From IMG/VR virus record IMGVR_UViG_3300044949_001928, positions 1,115-65,114 of that record: a stretch of 64,000 bases of DNA; one strand, written 5' to 3'. The notes below the pieces were generated by a model, which ran no database searches, was not told where the DNA came from, and saw only the letters and a list, made by a program, of their open reading frames with translations. The position numbers and the translations under genes were made by a program. How positions within the stretch are numbered: position 1 is the stretch's first letter; each line of letters starts with the position of its first letter. Below, piece after piece: positions 28,801 through 38,568 of the stretch. Origin of the DNA: a virus. Lineage: Duplodnaviria; Caudoviricetes.

Positions 28801-29946
28801 GCGGCCGAAAATCAGCTGCAACTTATGCGACTGCGTGGCGTCGGGGCGGGTGACATTGCCGCACAGGAAGCTTACATTGCAGACCTTAAGCGTGGATCCG
28901 AGGATATCGAGCGGCGGGCGCTAGAGTTCGCCATTGAAGGGGCAAAAGAGCGATTTAGGATAGAAGGAGAAATGCTGCGCCTTAAGCAGGCTCAGCAAGT
29001 CATTGAAGCCCAAAATGCCGAAAGAGCATCAAGGCAAAACGCAAACAAGCAACAGGGCGACCTTCTTGGCCTGAAGCGCCAAGCACTTGACCCAAGTCTT
29101 ACACCCGATCAACTGTCAAACCTGGAAGAAGCTATTCGGCTGCAGCAACAATCTGTGGAACTTGCCAAGCAGCAGCAAGACGCAGACCGAAGCAGATACC
29201 AAGGCCTAGCAGGTATTCAGTCTTTAGAGCGCGATACTCTTCAGATGCAGCAGCTGTCAACCGCTAACGGATTTCGTGCGCAAGCCGCTGCGAAGGGATG
29301 GGAAAGCTCACTTCGCGGGCCACTGGATCGGCTGGACTCAGCAGCACAGGCCAGTGGTACGATTGCAGACGGCACTAGATCTATCTCTCGTGGTTTTATC
29401 TCCGCAGGCGGACAGGTTATTGAGTTTCGCGATACGGTTTATGGCATTAAAGATGCAACCGAAACAACCAGCCGCGCAGCTGGCTCCCTTGCCGGCGGAT
29501 ACGCTAACGCCAACGTGGAAGCCAAAGCCCTGCTCGATACCCTGCAGAAACTTGCAGCTACGAAACCCGCACGCTGGGCTGGTGGCCCCGTTGATCCGTC
29601 AGTCGCGTACCAGGTCAATGAGCTTGGCCAGGAATCATTCCTCTCCCCTGGTGGGATGCTCAGCCTCATCCACGCCCCCGCACGCGGCACCTGGCGCCCA
29701 CCAGCGAGGGGTACCGTCCTACCGGCTGGCGTGACGGCTGGCCTCAAGGCGCAGGGTGCCTTTGGCGGGGCCCCCGCGGCGATCAGCGGAGGGGGCAGCG
29801 CCGCGGGCGATGCGATCGGAAACCTGGGGCAGGCCGTGCGGGAGCTGCGGGCAGAGGTGCGGGAGTTGCGCATGAAAACCTGGACGACCGAGGTCCGTGT
29901 GCCGGGCAACGCCGCGATCCTCGGCGCGATCGGCGGGCTATCCTGA
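25885..29946 (+). CDS. Tail tape measure protein (TP901-like core)
   Basis: 1353 aa, Ala-rich helical; FKYAAPVA...GIDASEAGVTLR; C-terminal GGPV...VNELGQESF. Confidence 0.93.
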   Translation: MSNGDFTYTVGGDFSQILRGFAQLETEAGNVGKSIGNELDKGVQEGVVSFGKLQKELRRLKDERAKLPVDSSEYREAEQRIAAIGKAIGDLKRKKVELDADPAISDLRVLDAAVQGIAFSLSNAVVDAAARAMAALGGLIGDYAKLDTEIRKAAGAAGETGAYERIAATIDKVGIDAAGTTLEVAQLYTELVRGGMSIDQANASLSAIVRGAEATGTSFDTMGRNVSASLKGFGLEAEDATRVVDAMVQGANASASSVEGMGMAFKYAAPVARILGLSIEDLGITVGLLTNAGIDASEAGVTLRNGLSKLASAAPQTGANVQKLSGQAADAARAMRTLGVDIYNADGTLKPMQETLLQLKGAFDKLAPAAKIRLAASLFGGEDDGTKWLALLNQSEEEIKKMSATMANTKGATDTARDAMQGFELLMKQLGGTVDSINNTLAGTAATALLPLINAANAAVGAIALLPGPIKQTAAAAILLSGGLIAARTSALLFQQAMNAAAVREAAQGILQLGGALRGRLAADLAIAAAAWGRMTLAVVAFDRASISIPSVAMAVKASLVSAATAGTTAFKGLTATVTSGALLQGLQAITYSARAAIAGYLPLIVAFAKLSAGVAALAGAYLLWKGTMEGADQVSKGLESTNKSVDESIAKLGDSFGKQTVAVVKTRNAFQELYRAQTEGNALNRLGKEMDSLQAKFDDTTDRAVFFYTQLKGSGSISAEQVEQAKKMASALDVQAKAARNVASSYRVQADAESAKGNETLAQALRMRANQLEATARVQGNLAESTRELTGLTKAQTEAVVNAEQAERSRLATAKLQVTQQEVRIARRREEGQITAEQAREEERLLELRAAQAELEVQRGKVQAGGGAGGQAELDARQRVAELEKRIAELKVQGTENALRNSQREYDIAVETLNIARTRLDLETQAANLIASRIRAQQDYGNAELAFRAAYNDLVQSEFNVDRARQDYAIQAAENQLQLMRLRGVGAGDIAAQEAYIADLKRGSEDIERRALEFAIEGAKERFRIEGEMLRLKQAQQVIEAQNAERASRQNANKQQGDLLGLKRQALDPSLTPDQLSNLEEAIRLQQQSVELAKQQQDADRSRYQGLAGIQSLERDTLQMQQLSTANGFRAQAAAKGWESSLRGPLDRLDSAAQASGTIADGTRSISRGFISAGGQVIEFRDTVYGIKDATETTSRAAGSLAGGYANANVEAKALLDTLQKLAATKPARWAGGPVDPSVAYQVNELGQESFLSPGGMLSLIHAPARGTWRPPARGTVLPAGVTAGLKAQGAFGGAPAAISGGGSAAGDAIGNLGQAVRELRAEVRELRMKTWTTEVRVPGNAAILGAIGGLS

Positions 29947-29949
29947 CCC

Positions 29950-30720
29950 ATGCCGGTATCCACCGCCACAATCAGCTACGGCGGGACGACCTTCACGTTC
30001 CCCAACCTCACAGAAGCGCCCCTCTCACTGGAGGTGTCCGACGCCAGCAGGGGCCGGGTTGCTGAATCGCTGCGGGTGGTATCGCTGCTCAAGAAGGAGC
30101 AGGCGGGGACGTTGTGGACGCTCTGCAGGGCGTGGAGCGCTGCGAAGCTGCCGGAGGAGGATGCCGTCAAGACGGGAACCCTCGGCGCCACCGTGTCGGT
30201 CACGGCGACGGTTCCCGGCTGGTTTACGTGGTCAGCTCGCCCCTGCTGGATCATCGACGGGCCCTCAAGCACCGCGGCGGGGTCCTACCTGCGGACATCG
30301 ATCGGCCTGGTGGATGCTGCCGCTCAGCTGGCGATTCGCCTCCGGGAGATCGAGGAGGGGCTCGAGCAGGAGGAGGCGTTGGGCCTCGGGACGATCACCC
30401 TGGGCGGCGCGGTCATCAACCTGACGGCCTACGCCGAAACACTCGGGGACCTGCCCCAGGGGAACCTCAGCCCCACGGGGGCCCATGTGCTCTCTGGCCC
30501 GCTGGTGGTGGAGGAGGTGCGAGAGATCAGGGGCTGGGTGACGGCTGCGCATCTCACCAGCCTCAGATCCTGGGTGATGACTTCCGTTGCCAGCACGCCA
30601 ACAGTCGGGGCCTGGTGGCCGCGATCGTGGAGCACACCTGAGGCGTTTCTGCGCACCAACGCTGGGGTGGTGGCCGTCGCCTACCGGGTGCAGCTGACGG
30701 TGTTTAAGGTTCGCGGATGA
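29950..30720 (+). CDS. Putative distal tail protein
   Basis: Directly follows the tape measure gene. Confidence 0.5.
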   Translation: MPVSTATISYGGTTFTFPNLTEAPLSLEVSDASRGRVAESLRVVSLLKKEQAGTLWTLCRAWSAAKLPEEDAVKTGTLGATVSVTATVPGWFTWSARPCWIIDGPSSTAAGSYLRTSIGLVDAAAQLAIRLREIEEGLEQEEALGLGTITLGGAVINLTAYAETLGDLPQGNLSPTGAHVLSGPLVVEEVREIRGWVTAAHLTSLRSWVMTSVASTPTVGAWWPRSWSTPEAFLRTNAGVVAVAYRVQLTVFKVRG

Positions 30721-33683
30721 CCATCGACACACGTCACTACGCCTGGTGCTCGCTCGGGCCCCTCGCCGCCCCACCAGCGGGGGCGACAACCCTGGCGGAT
30801 GATCATGTTCAGCGAAAGGGGGTGGTCACCACCAGGGGGACGGTCATCCTGCAGGGGATGCACCGGCCGGCCGCGGGGACGCCCGTGGCGCTGGCCTATG
30901 GCAATGGGGTGTGGGTTGCGAGGGTTCCCAAGCGGCTGCGGGTGCTGAGTTCGTTCGCCGATCCGCTGCGGGGGATCACGACGGTCAGCGTGGGGTGTCT
31001 GTTCGCGTATCACGAGAACCGGAAGCCGCCGGTTGAGGTGTTTGAGGAGATAGCGCAAAACAGTACACTAACGCACGCAATAAGTAATACATTTGCCGGC
31101 TCGGGAAGCAGCTTGCCGGTTGGCGTATCAAATAGCGCAGCTGTTTACGAAAACGTGCGAAAGAAAGTTGTCTTACCGATGCGCGCTTCGTGGGTTATAA
31201 ATAGAATTATCACTGGGCTAGGTCTTACCCTAGCCTCTCCGGTTCCGTTTGAGATTTATAGATCCGTTGACGAATGGGACACGTCGGCGGGCTATGTAGA
31301 AGAACTTGATAGAATTGTTCAATCAGCCGGATATTTTTGTTGGATCAATGACGACGAAAAGGTAGAGTTTGTTTTCAAAGGGGGAAACTCTGCGCCCGGC
31401 CCTCTGATTCTCGGTTCGCGCATTATTGACATGCAACCGGTAAACGTTGGCGAAATGCCAGGTGATGCGGTTTATGCCAAATTTACATCCACAAAACTTA
31501 CGCGGCCGAGGCCCAAGGATCCAGAAAAGCCGGATGATCCAGAAGATCCCGAAGATCCGCCAAGCGATGAAGATAGGCGGAGAAGTTGGGAATGGGAAAA
31601 AACCGATGGCGGAGCGGTGCAGATTATTCATACTTACACAAAACCCAACGGAACCACAGAGAAAGAATATGCGACTTTTGTGGATTATTCGTATTCTGAG
31701 ACACGGTATGACGCTAAGGACAGGGCAGTATTCAGGCGGGAGGTTAAAAATGGGCCCACGGGCGAAAGTATAACGATCACGAGAACATTTTATGACCCTA
31801 GCAGTACGTCACCACGGGAGCAAGTAACAGAAGAGTTTTCGCCGGTCGCTAATGTGGCTAGCTCTTGCGGGTTTGAGGGCAACCTCAGCCAGCTTCGGAG
31901 CCTTGGTTCTCATCGGTCTCGGACCGTGTCTATTGCCTATGAAAAAGACAGATCCACGGGAAACACTCTTACAAAAACAAGGCAGCATGTGCCATACATA
32001 AATACCCCTTTCGGATCTGACATTATATCCAGACTCCGAGAGGAGCGCAGGCCAAGCGAGCCAATTCAAGAACTGATAGACCAGGCCTCTGAACTTGTTC
32101 CCTATGGTGGGAGCGTGCAGATCAGGACTGAGCGCGACTTCGGTGCCCAAACCAGGCCGAGGCAGCAGGAGAGGAATAAGGATGACCTACGGAAGAGGCA
32201 GGGACAAGCGGGGCAGGATGATGAAGAACAGCGAGAACAAGAAACTAGGTTTGTCTGGGAAACTATTTCTGATACGGCTCAAAATGCTATCGAGTTGAGC
32301 CCACCTTACGTGTCTGACGACTATACAATTATAGAAGCCGTCTCCTCTGGGCAATTGAAATATAATAATTACAGAAGTCTTCCGTATTTAGAGGCCCTTC
32401 GCTACGCTCGAATCGAAAACCGCCTGCTTCTTGGCAACCGCAACGGTGCTGGCATCCAACTGGCGCCTGTTGACATGCCAGCGAGGCCGTTCTCGCTGTT
32501 CTACATCCGCGCCAACGGTGTAACGGGCGCCTATCGCACCAACGGCACGACGTGGACCATCACGGCCAATGGGAACATCGTCTGCAGCACCGACGCGCTC
32601 TTCTGGGGTGCGGTGGACGGCAACCCCCAGGCCGCGTTTTTCCCCCTGCCGCCGGGCGCCACAACCCTCCCACCAGAGGTGACAGCGACGGGCAACGCCA
32701 ACCCCGCGCCAGCCAATGCGATCACGCCACCAGCGGGCTTCAACCCTGCGGCCCCCGACCTGGTGGGCCTGTTTGCGGCGCTGCCCACCACGCAAGCGGC
32801 GGTACCGCGGGCGACCGTCAGCCCGGCTCAGATCGTCACCCCATGGAATGAGACGCTGCAGGTTGCCGCGGGCGTGCAGGTTGGGGCAGTGGCAACCGTG
32901 CAGCGCTGGCTGCCCAAGGTGGTCACAGCTGCCGCCGGGGTCAGGGTCGGCGCGGTGTCGTCCGTTCCGGACATGGCCATTGGCACCGGTGAGGCCGGAG
33001 CCGTGGGCTACCCGGTGACCCTGGAGCTGGGGGCCTTCGGTGGCGAAATGGCGGTTGGCACCGCGGAAGCAGGCGCCGAGGCGTTCCCGGTTGAGATCGA
33101 GCAGGAGGCCGGCCCGATTACTGGTGACGTGGAACTGCAGATCATTCCTGCACTGGCGGAGGCAAGTGCGGCTTCTGTCGACGCCACTACCGGACAGGGG
33201 GGAGACGTAGTAGTTGCGACATCTTCAGCTGTGGCGTCTGCGACCGGTTATTCGGTTGACATAGATACTGGTTTTAGATTGTCGGATATAATTTACAGCC
33301 AGTCCACTGTATGGCCTAACACTACGCCAGCTTCTGCGGCGATTATGCAAGACGGTAGTTTTACCAATACCGGAGCGGGAACGAACTACGATAACACCCC
33401 CCAGTGGGTTAAGATGGACCTTGGCCGGGTTGTAGTTGTTACTGGGGTAGTCATAGGTACGGCCACTAATAATATTCCAGGTGGGTGGAGCAGGGCTTTT
33501 ACATCGTTCCTGCCTGTCCAGTATTCACTTGACAATGTCACTTGGACAACAGCTTTTACCACCCCCAATTTTACCGAAGACGGCATCTATACATTTAACA
33601 CCAGTTTTTCGGCTAGGTATGTGAGGATTTTCTCAAGCGGCAGCTACGCCGCATTGTCTGAGTTCTACGTTTTCGCGACTTAG
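30717..33683 (+). CDS. Tail tip/hub protein with C-terminal F5/8 type C (discoidin) domain
   Basis: QWVKMDLG...VQYSLDNVTWT...SARYVRI...ALSEF. Confidence 0.7.
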   Translation: MTIDTRHYAWCSLGPLAAPPAGATTLADDHVQRKGVVTTRGTVILQGMHRPAAGTPVALAYGNGVWVARVPKRLRVLSSFADPLRGITTVSVGCLFAYHENRKPPVEVFEEIAQNSTLTHAISNTFAGSGSSLPVGVSNSAAVYENVRKKVVLPMRASWVINRIITGLGLTLASPVPFEIYRSVDEWDTSAGYVEELDRIVQSAGYFCWINDDEKVEFVFKGGNSAPGPLILGSRIIDMQPVNVGEMPGDAVYAKFTSTKLTRPRPKDPEKPDDPEDPEDPPSDEDRRRSWEWEKTDGGAVQIIHTYTKPNGTTEKEYATFVDYSYSETRYDAKDRAVFRREVKNGPTGESITITRTFYDPSSTSPREQVTEEFSPVANVASSCGFEGNLSQLRSLGSHRSRTVSIAYEKDRSTGNTLTKTRQHVPYINTPFGSDIISRLREERRPSEPIQELIDQASELVPYGGSVQIRTERDFGAQTRPRQQERNKDDLRKRQGQAGQDDEEQREQETRFVWETISDTAQNAIELSPPYVSDDYTIIEAVSSGQLKYNNYRSLPYLEALRYARIENRLLLGNRNGAGIQLAPVDMPARPFSLFYIRANGVTGAYRTNGTTWTITANGNIVCSTDALFWGAVDGNPQAAFFPLPPGATTLPPEVTATGNANPAPANAITPPAGFNPAAPDLVGLFAALPTTQAAVPRATVSPAQIVTPWNETLQVAAGVQVGAVATVQRWLPKVVTAAAGVRVGAVSSVPDMAIGTGEAGAVGYPVTLELGAFGGEMAVGTAEAGAEAFPVEIEQEAGPITGDVELQIIPALAEASAASVDATTGQGGDVVVATSSAVASATGYSVDIDTGFRLSDIIYSQSTVWPNTTPASAAIMQDGSFTNTGAGTNYDNTPQWVKMDLGRVVVVTGVVIGTATNNIPGGWSRAFTSFLPVQYSLDNVTWTTAFTTPNFTEDGIYTFNTSFSARYVRIFSSGSYAALSEFYVFAT

Positions 33684-33771
33684 TCGCCTTCTCCTTTCGC
33701 CGTGCGCATTGCGCAACCGATTTCAGCCACCAACCACGGAAACCTAGAGCAGGAACACCAGACCCACCACC

Positions 33772-34455
33772 GTGCCAGCCTGTCGCCCGATCTTCTTTCA
33801 CGACTTCCTTCCTGCAGCTGCGGGGAGGGCGGTTCACGCGTTAGACAGCCACAGCATCCGGATGGCGCTTGTGACGGCTGTGCCATCGATGCAAAGCGCT
33901 GCGCTGCTTACAGACGTAGCGCAAGTGGCTACCGGCAACGGCTATCCCGCTGGTGGGGTGCCTGTGACCGTGACACAACCTACACAGACCGGCGGTATCT
34001 TCAGGTTTGTAGTGACATCCGTGCCGGTTATTACTGGCACCGGTGCGGGGTTTACTCATATTGGAGCGTTGTTTTATAACAACACTGCAGCGGGTAAGAA
34101 TCTGATATGCGCGGTGTATCAAAGCGGAAATGGGCAGATGCCCATCACGAACGTAGCGCAAAGTGGTCTGGTTGCCACCTTGACAGCCGTAAATCATCAG
34201 TTTAGCAACGGTGACACGGTAGTAACCGACGGGATTCCATTCTCGCGGTTGAATGGCACATTTACTGTGTCTGGGGTTACCGCGAACACGTTTAATATAA
34301 ACTCTCCTGTCTCCGCGTCAATCGCAAGTCAGGTATCAACGGGAGGCCTCGTCATAAAACCGGAAACCGTCAATACAGGAACGGGATTAACCTATACAGT
34401 CACAACCGATCAAGCGAATGGCCTTCTCGTTGTTGCTCCTAAGGGGCTAGCCTGA
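33772..34455 (+). CDS. Tail structural protein
   Basis: VATGNGYPAGG motif; beta-rich insert similar to that of the tube protein. Confidence 0.65.
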   Translation: MPACRPIFFHDFLPAAAGRAVHALDSHSIRMALVTAVPSMQSAALLTDVAQVATGNGYPAGGVPVTVTQPTQTGGIFRFVVTSVPVITGTGAGFTHIGALFYNNTAAGKNLICAVYQSGNGQMPITNVAQSGLVATLTAVNHQFSNGDTVVTDGIPFSRLNGTFTVSGVTANTFNINSPVSASIASQVSTGGLVIKPETVNTGTGLTYTVTTDQANGLLVVAPKGLA

Positions 34456-34901
34456 TGAGCGTCGCTTTTACGATGAGTAACGCCAGCCTGGCTAGGGTCT
34501 ACGCGGCGTCTTTTCAGGGGCGAATCGCCCGCGCTTGCCTGGCGGTCAATCCGGGCACGCTGGATGAAAACAGCACTACCGCTCAGTGGGATGCAGCGGA
34601 AATCACCAGCCAAGCCGCTAACGGCTACACGCGGTTTACCTGGACAATCCCGGCAGGCACCTATGACCCGGTTCTAGCCCTGTTTCGTGGAGCTGCTACG
34701 GCGGTATCCTTTCAGGCCAATACCAGCGGCACAGGGATCACGTACGACACCGTTTACGTTGTTACAGGCACGGGTGGTACGTGGGATACGAACGTAGAAA
34801 TGATCCTGCTAGATCCGCAGGCGCTCCCGGCGGGTGCCCCGATAGCCTATAACGTTTCTTTCTTGGCTGACAACATCACATCGGCACCTTCAGGGCTGTG
34901 A
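34455..34901 (+). CDS. Tail structural protein
   Basis: EIT...NGYTR motif; coupled to both neighbours. Confidence 0.6.
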   Translation: MSVAFTMSNASLARVYAASFQGRIARACLAVNPGTLDENSTTAQWDAAEITSQAANGYTRFTWTIPAGTYDPVLALFRGAATAVSFQANTSGTGITYDTVYVVTGTGGTWDTNVEMILLDPQALPAGAPIAYNVSFLADNITSAPSGL

Positions 34902-36520
34902 AACGGGTAAACGTAAACATTCCGCCGGAGGTGCTCGAAACATCCAGGGCGCTGCAGGCTGCCAACCGGGACAGACTGGTGCGGCGGGAACGGGATGAGC
35001 GCACCAGGCGAGAGGCTGAGCGGCAGGCACGGAAAGCGCGGGAGGAACAGGCCCGCTCCTCGGCAGGCGGCAAGAAGGACCCCAAAAACCGAGGCGTGCC
35101 GGATGTGGAAGATCCTCCGTTTTTTCCGCTGCATCGGCGGGGGCAGAAGTTCAAGGTGGCAGGGGCTTATTGTCAGGTTTGGCCGGGGCAGTTGAGAGTT
35201 TTTACTCCTGACAGGCAGGTTTCTGAGTTTATCCCAGCCCCTAGATTTGTGCGCACTACCATTTATGAATCTAATGCAACTTCCACATTTCCGGCTTTTG
35301 TCGTGGCAATGCCAGGCGGAGCCGGAAGAACCGTCATTACTTTCTGCTTTGATACATGGGATTATTCTGAAGCTTTTTACCTTTTGGTTAGAGTGGATAT
35401 AGAGAGATCGAAATATTACGAGAGAATAGGTAGCACTGTAAAAGTAAGACGGGATATGATTTTAGATGATTTCCGAAATGCTATAGCATTTAAGTCTTGC
35501 GTCGTAACAGACGATCGCATCAATGTAATCGATACGCCGCCAGTAATGTCAACTATATTAAAAAGGCTTTACCCGCGCAAGAATCCCGCAATAGAGATTT
35601 CGACTGCTTACTTTCCATCACATGCTCTCTGGAACGTTTTTGATTTTTTCTTTCAAAAAGATGGAGCACGTATCAAGAGCAGCGAGTATATTGCTTCCAT
35701 AGACTACGGAAAAGATACAAACTTTTACGATAGATTACTGCTATCATCGTATGGCTACGGGTATTTAGTCAACAGGGAGTCGACCACAGCCGCGGCCAAC
35801 ATTAAAGCGAGCATTGGCCGGGCAATCTCCAATGGGCAAAGTCTGTCAAGTATCGCATCGCTCAACTCAACACCAGTACAGCTCGACAATCGCGGCTTTG
35901 CAACTCCGGCGGTCTTTGCTTTTATGTATAAATACGAAGGAGAATTTGATGGGAACAATGCAACTCGAAGCGAGGCGATGGATTACAAGTATATTAGCGA
36001 CAATTACTTTTCGGGGTCTTTGGCTGGTGGCGCCACTGGTTCAGGTCCTCGTTACATGCTGACCGTCGGCTACCAGCCAGAAGGTGTAACGACCGATAAA
36101 ACGGCAAACCTTTTCTACTTTCGCCCTCCACTTGATACAAATACCTTCCTCGCTCCTCCAATCCTGCCAAAGGAAGGCAAGGGGGCAGACGAAGAGCGGG
36201 TCATGGCCGCACCGCCATTGCCAAACATGGGACGACGGGCCTTCAGCTCGCTTTGGGACTGGAAGCTGATTAGAGATATTAAGGCTCAAAGTGGGGATGA
36301 GTATAGTGATTCCAGTATCATTCAGGCCACTTCATCCGCATCCGTCGGCGAGGCAACCGCCATCAACACCTGGGACTGGGGGCGGCCTCTCGCCTGCATC
36401 CTCGAACTGCTGAGCCTGGGCTTCTCACCGGCGGCTCTCATGCTCACCGCGGAGGAGCTTGAGGCCGTAGCCAACGCCACGCCAGCCGATCGCTTTAACT
36501 TCTCCTCCTCCCCGCCATGA
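34898..36520 (+). CDS. Hypothetical virion protein with a low-GC central region
   Basis: Long coupled ORF; GC-rich ends and AT-richer middle. Confidence 0.7.
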   Translation: MKRVNVNIPPEVLETSRALQAANRDRLVRRERDERTRREAERQARKAREEQARSSAGGKKDPKNRGVPDVEDPPFFPLHRRGQKFKVAGAYCQVWPGQLRVFTPDRQVSEFIPAPRFVRTTIYESNATSTFPAFVVAMPGGAGRTVITFCFDTWDYSEAFYLLVRVDIERSKYYERIGSTVKVRRDMILDDFRNAIAFKSCVVTDDRINVIDTPPVMSTILKRLYPRKNPAIEISTAYFPSHALWNVFDFFFQKDGARIKSSEYIASIDYGKDTNFYDRLLLSSYGYGYLVNRESTTAAANIKASIGRAISNGQSLSSIASLNSTPVQLDNRGFATPAVFAFMYKYEGEFDGNNATRSEAMDYKYISDNYFSGSLAGGATGSGPRYMLTVGYQPEGVTTDKTANLFYFRPPLDTNTFLAPPILPKEGKGADEERVMAAPPLPNMGRRAFSSLWDWKLIRDIKAQSGDEYSDSSIIQATSSASVGEATAINTWDWGRPLACILELLSLGFSPAALMLTAEELEAVANATPADRFNFSSSPP

Positions 36521-36666
36521 CCGACCCCATCCCCACCACCGAACTCGTGCCGCTCGAAGCCCGCGAAACCGCGATGCTGCTGGCCTTCGCCAACCGTCAG
36601 CGGCTACTGCGCGAGGAAGATCGCCGACGCGTCATCCAGGAAGCGGTACGACTGGCGAAGACTTAG
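36517..36666 (+). CDS. 49-aa hypothetical protein
   Basis: MTDPIPTTELVPLEARETAMLLAFANRQRLL...; ATGA overlap. Confidence 0.55.
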   Translation: MTDPIPTTELVPLEARETAMLLAFANRQRLLREEDRRRVIQEAVRLAKT

Positions 36667-36702
36667 GAAACCTGGGGTGTACCGCGGCGTGATGCCAAAG
36701 AC

Positions 36703-37470
36703 ATGAAAACCCACCGCAAGCTCTTCCCCGAGCTGTTCCACAACGTCACCCCACCCGATCCCGCCCCAGACGGCGGGGCTGGTGGTGGTGGCGCTCCCGA
36801 TCCCGCTGACTCCTCCACTGGTGGGGAAGGGCCGACAGCGGACGACGTCAGGAGGCTGCAGGAGGCGCTCAAGAAGGAGCGGAATCTGAAGGAACAGGTC
36901 GAGAGGCGCCTAAAGGCCATTGACCCCAACCAGGTGGAGGAGGCCCGCCGGGAGGCCGAGGAGGCGCGGCAGGCCAGGGAACTGGCCGAGCGTGATGCGT
37001 CCACCAGAATCGCCGCGATTCAGCAACGAGCACAGAAGGAGCTGCAGGAAGCCAGGGAGGAGGCCGCGAAGGCCGTGGAAGACGCGCGGCGCCTGAAGGT
37101 ACGTGTCAAGTGGGAAAGCGAATTTGTCGCGTCCGGAGGGTTCACCGAGCCCAGCGAGATCGATGGCACCACCTCGTTCGATCTCCTCTGGAAGCATGAT
37201 GGCGCCACGTTTGAAGAGGACGAGCAGGGCCTTTACCTGAAGGGCGCCGACGGCCTAGCCGTGATCGACAAGGAAACCGGCAAGCGCGTTACCCCACGCC
37301 AGCACTTCGAGCGGCTCCGGAACGACCGCCTCTATTCGGCGCACTTCCAGCCGATCGGTGGCAGCGGTGGCGGCAGCGGGGCCGGTGTGCGGGGGAGGGT
37401 GCAGCACAAGCAGAGCCTTGATGGCATGTCCTCGCGGGATCTGCTGCGGCTCGGACTGGAGGGCAGATAA
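36703..37470 (+). CDS. Capsid scaffolding protein
   Basis: Coiled coil (LQEALKKER), GGSGGGSG tail; directly upstream of the capsid gene. Confidence 0.8.
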   Translation: MKTHRKLFPELFHNVTPPDPAPDGGAGGGGAPDPADSSTGGEGPTADDVRRLQEALKKERNLKEQVERRLKAIDPNQVEEARREAEEARQARELAERDASTRIAAIQQRAQKELQEAREEAAKAVEDARRLKVRVKWESEFVASGGFTEPSEIDGTTSFDLLWKHDGATFEEDEQGLYLKGADGLAVIDKETGKRVTPRQHFERLRNDRLYSAHFQPIGGSGGGSGAGVRGRVQHKQSLDGMSSRDLLRLGLEGR

Positions 37471-37580
37471 CGGCTTAGGCGGGGTTGGCCTACTGGTGGT
37501 AAGCGACGTTGGCGTGATGCCCTCCGAGCCCACGGCGTGATGCCACCAGTAACCATTGCCACCCTTCAAGGTATTCACCA

Positions 37581-38531
37581 GTGACCGCTCTGACTCTTCT
37601 GGAGTCCGCCAAGGCCGCGGAAAACCCAGTCCAACGCGCTCTCTACCAGGAACTCAGCCTCGGCGAGCTTTCCGGCCTCATCCCCTTCGAGAACACCCCA
37701 GGCCCCGGCGTGTTCTACAACAAAGTTGCCAAGCTGCCACAGGTCGGCTTCCGTGGCGTCAACGAGGCGAACGATCCGGATTACGGGATCATCAACCCGC
37801 AGTCCGAGGCCTACAAGATGATGCAGGCCGACATCGACGTCGACCTATTCCAGCTGCGGACCGAAGGCCCCGAGGCCCGAATCAATCAGATCACCATGCA
37901 GATGGAATCTATGCGATTCCTGTTGGAGGATCGGTTCATCAACGGCAATGAGGCCGTAAACGTCCGGGAATTCGACGGCCTCCGCACGCGAATCAACGTC
38001 GGCAGTTCTCAGGCGATCAACGCCAACGGCGCTCTGTCCTTGGCCGCCCTCGATGAGCTGAACGATGCCACCGACGCCCTTGGTGGCCGGAAGGTGTTCA
38101 TCATGAACCAGCAGATGGGCCGTCGGATCGCAGCCGCCGCTCGCAACAACGGGCTCAGTGGTCTCTACACCACGGACCTGAACGAGTTTGGCCGCCGCGC
38201 TCGCTTCTATGACGGCGTGGAGATCGTCACCACCAAGGTCAACGGCCAGAACCTCCCGATTCAGCCGTTCACCGAAAACGCCAACGGTATCGACCCGACT
38301 GGTGGAGCCACAACCTCCATCTACTGCGTCGCGTTCGGACCGAACCTGGTCACCATGCACCAGGGCCGGATGCAGAACGGCGAGTTCGGCCCCACCCTCC
38401 GTGCCCTTGGCGAGCAGGGTGATGGCGTGGTCGATCGCACCCGCTTTGAGTGGGACATCCTGATGACCATCAAAAACGGTCGGTCTGCTTCGCGCCTCTA
38501 CGGGGTGACGAATGCTGCTGTCGTGGCCTGA
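37581..38531 (+). CDS. Major capsid protein (HK97 fold)
   Basis: LTLLESAK, VGFRGVNE, FINGN...EFDGL, TSIYCVAFG. Confidence 0.9.
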   Translation: MTALTLLESAKAAENPVQRALYQELSLGELSGLIPFENTPGPGVFYNKVAKLPQVGFRGVNEANDPDYGIINPQSEAYKMMQADIDVDLFQLRTEGPEARINQITMQMESMRFLLEDRFINGNEAVNVREFDGLRTRINVGSSQAINANGALSLAALDELNDATDALGGRKVFIMNQQMGRRIAAAARNNGLSGLYTTDLNEFGRRARFYDGVEIVTTKVNGQNLPIQPFTENANGIDPTGGATTSIYCVAFGPNLVTMHQGRMQNGEFGPTLRALGEQGDGVVDRTRFEWDILMTIKNGRSASRLYGVTNAAVVA

Positions 38532-38568
38532 TTTCTCCTTCTTCTTTCACCCCGAGAGGTAACCCCAA

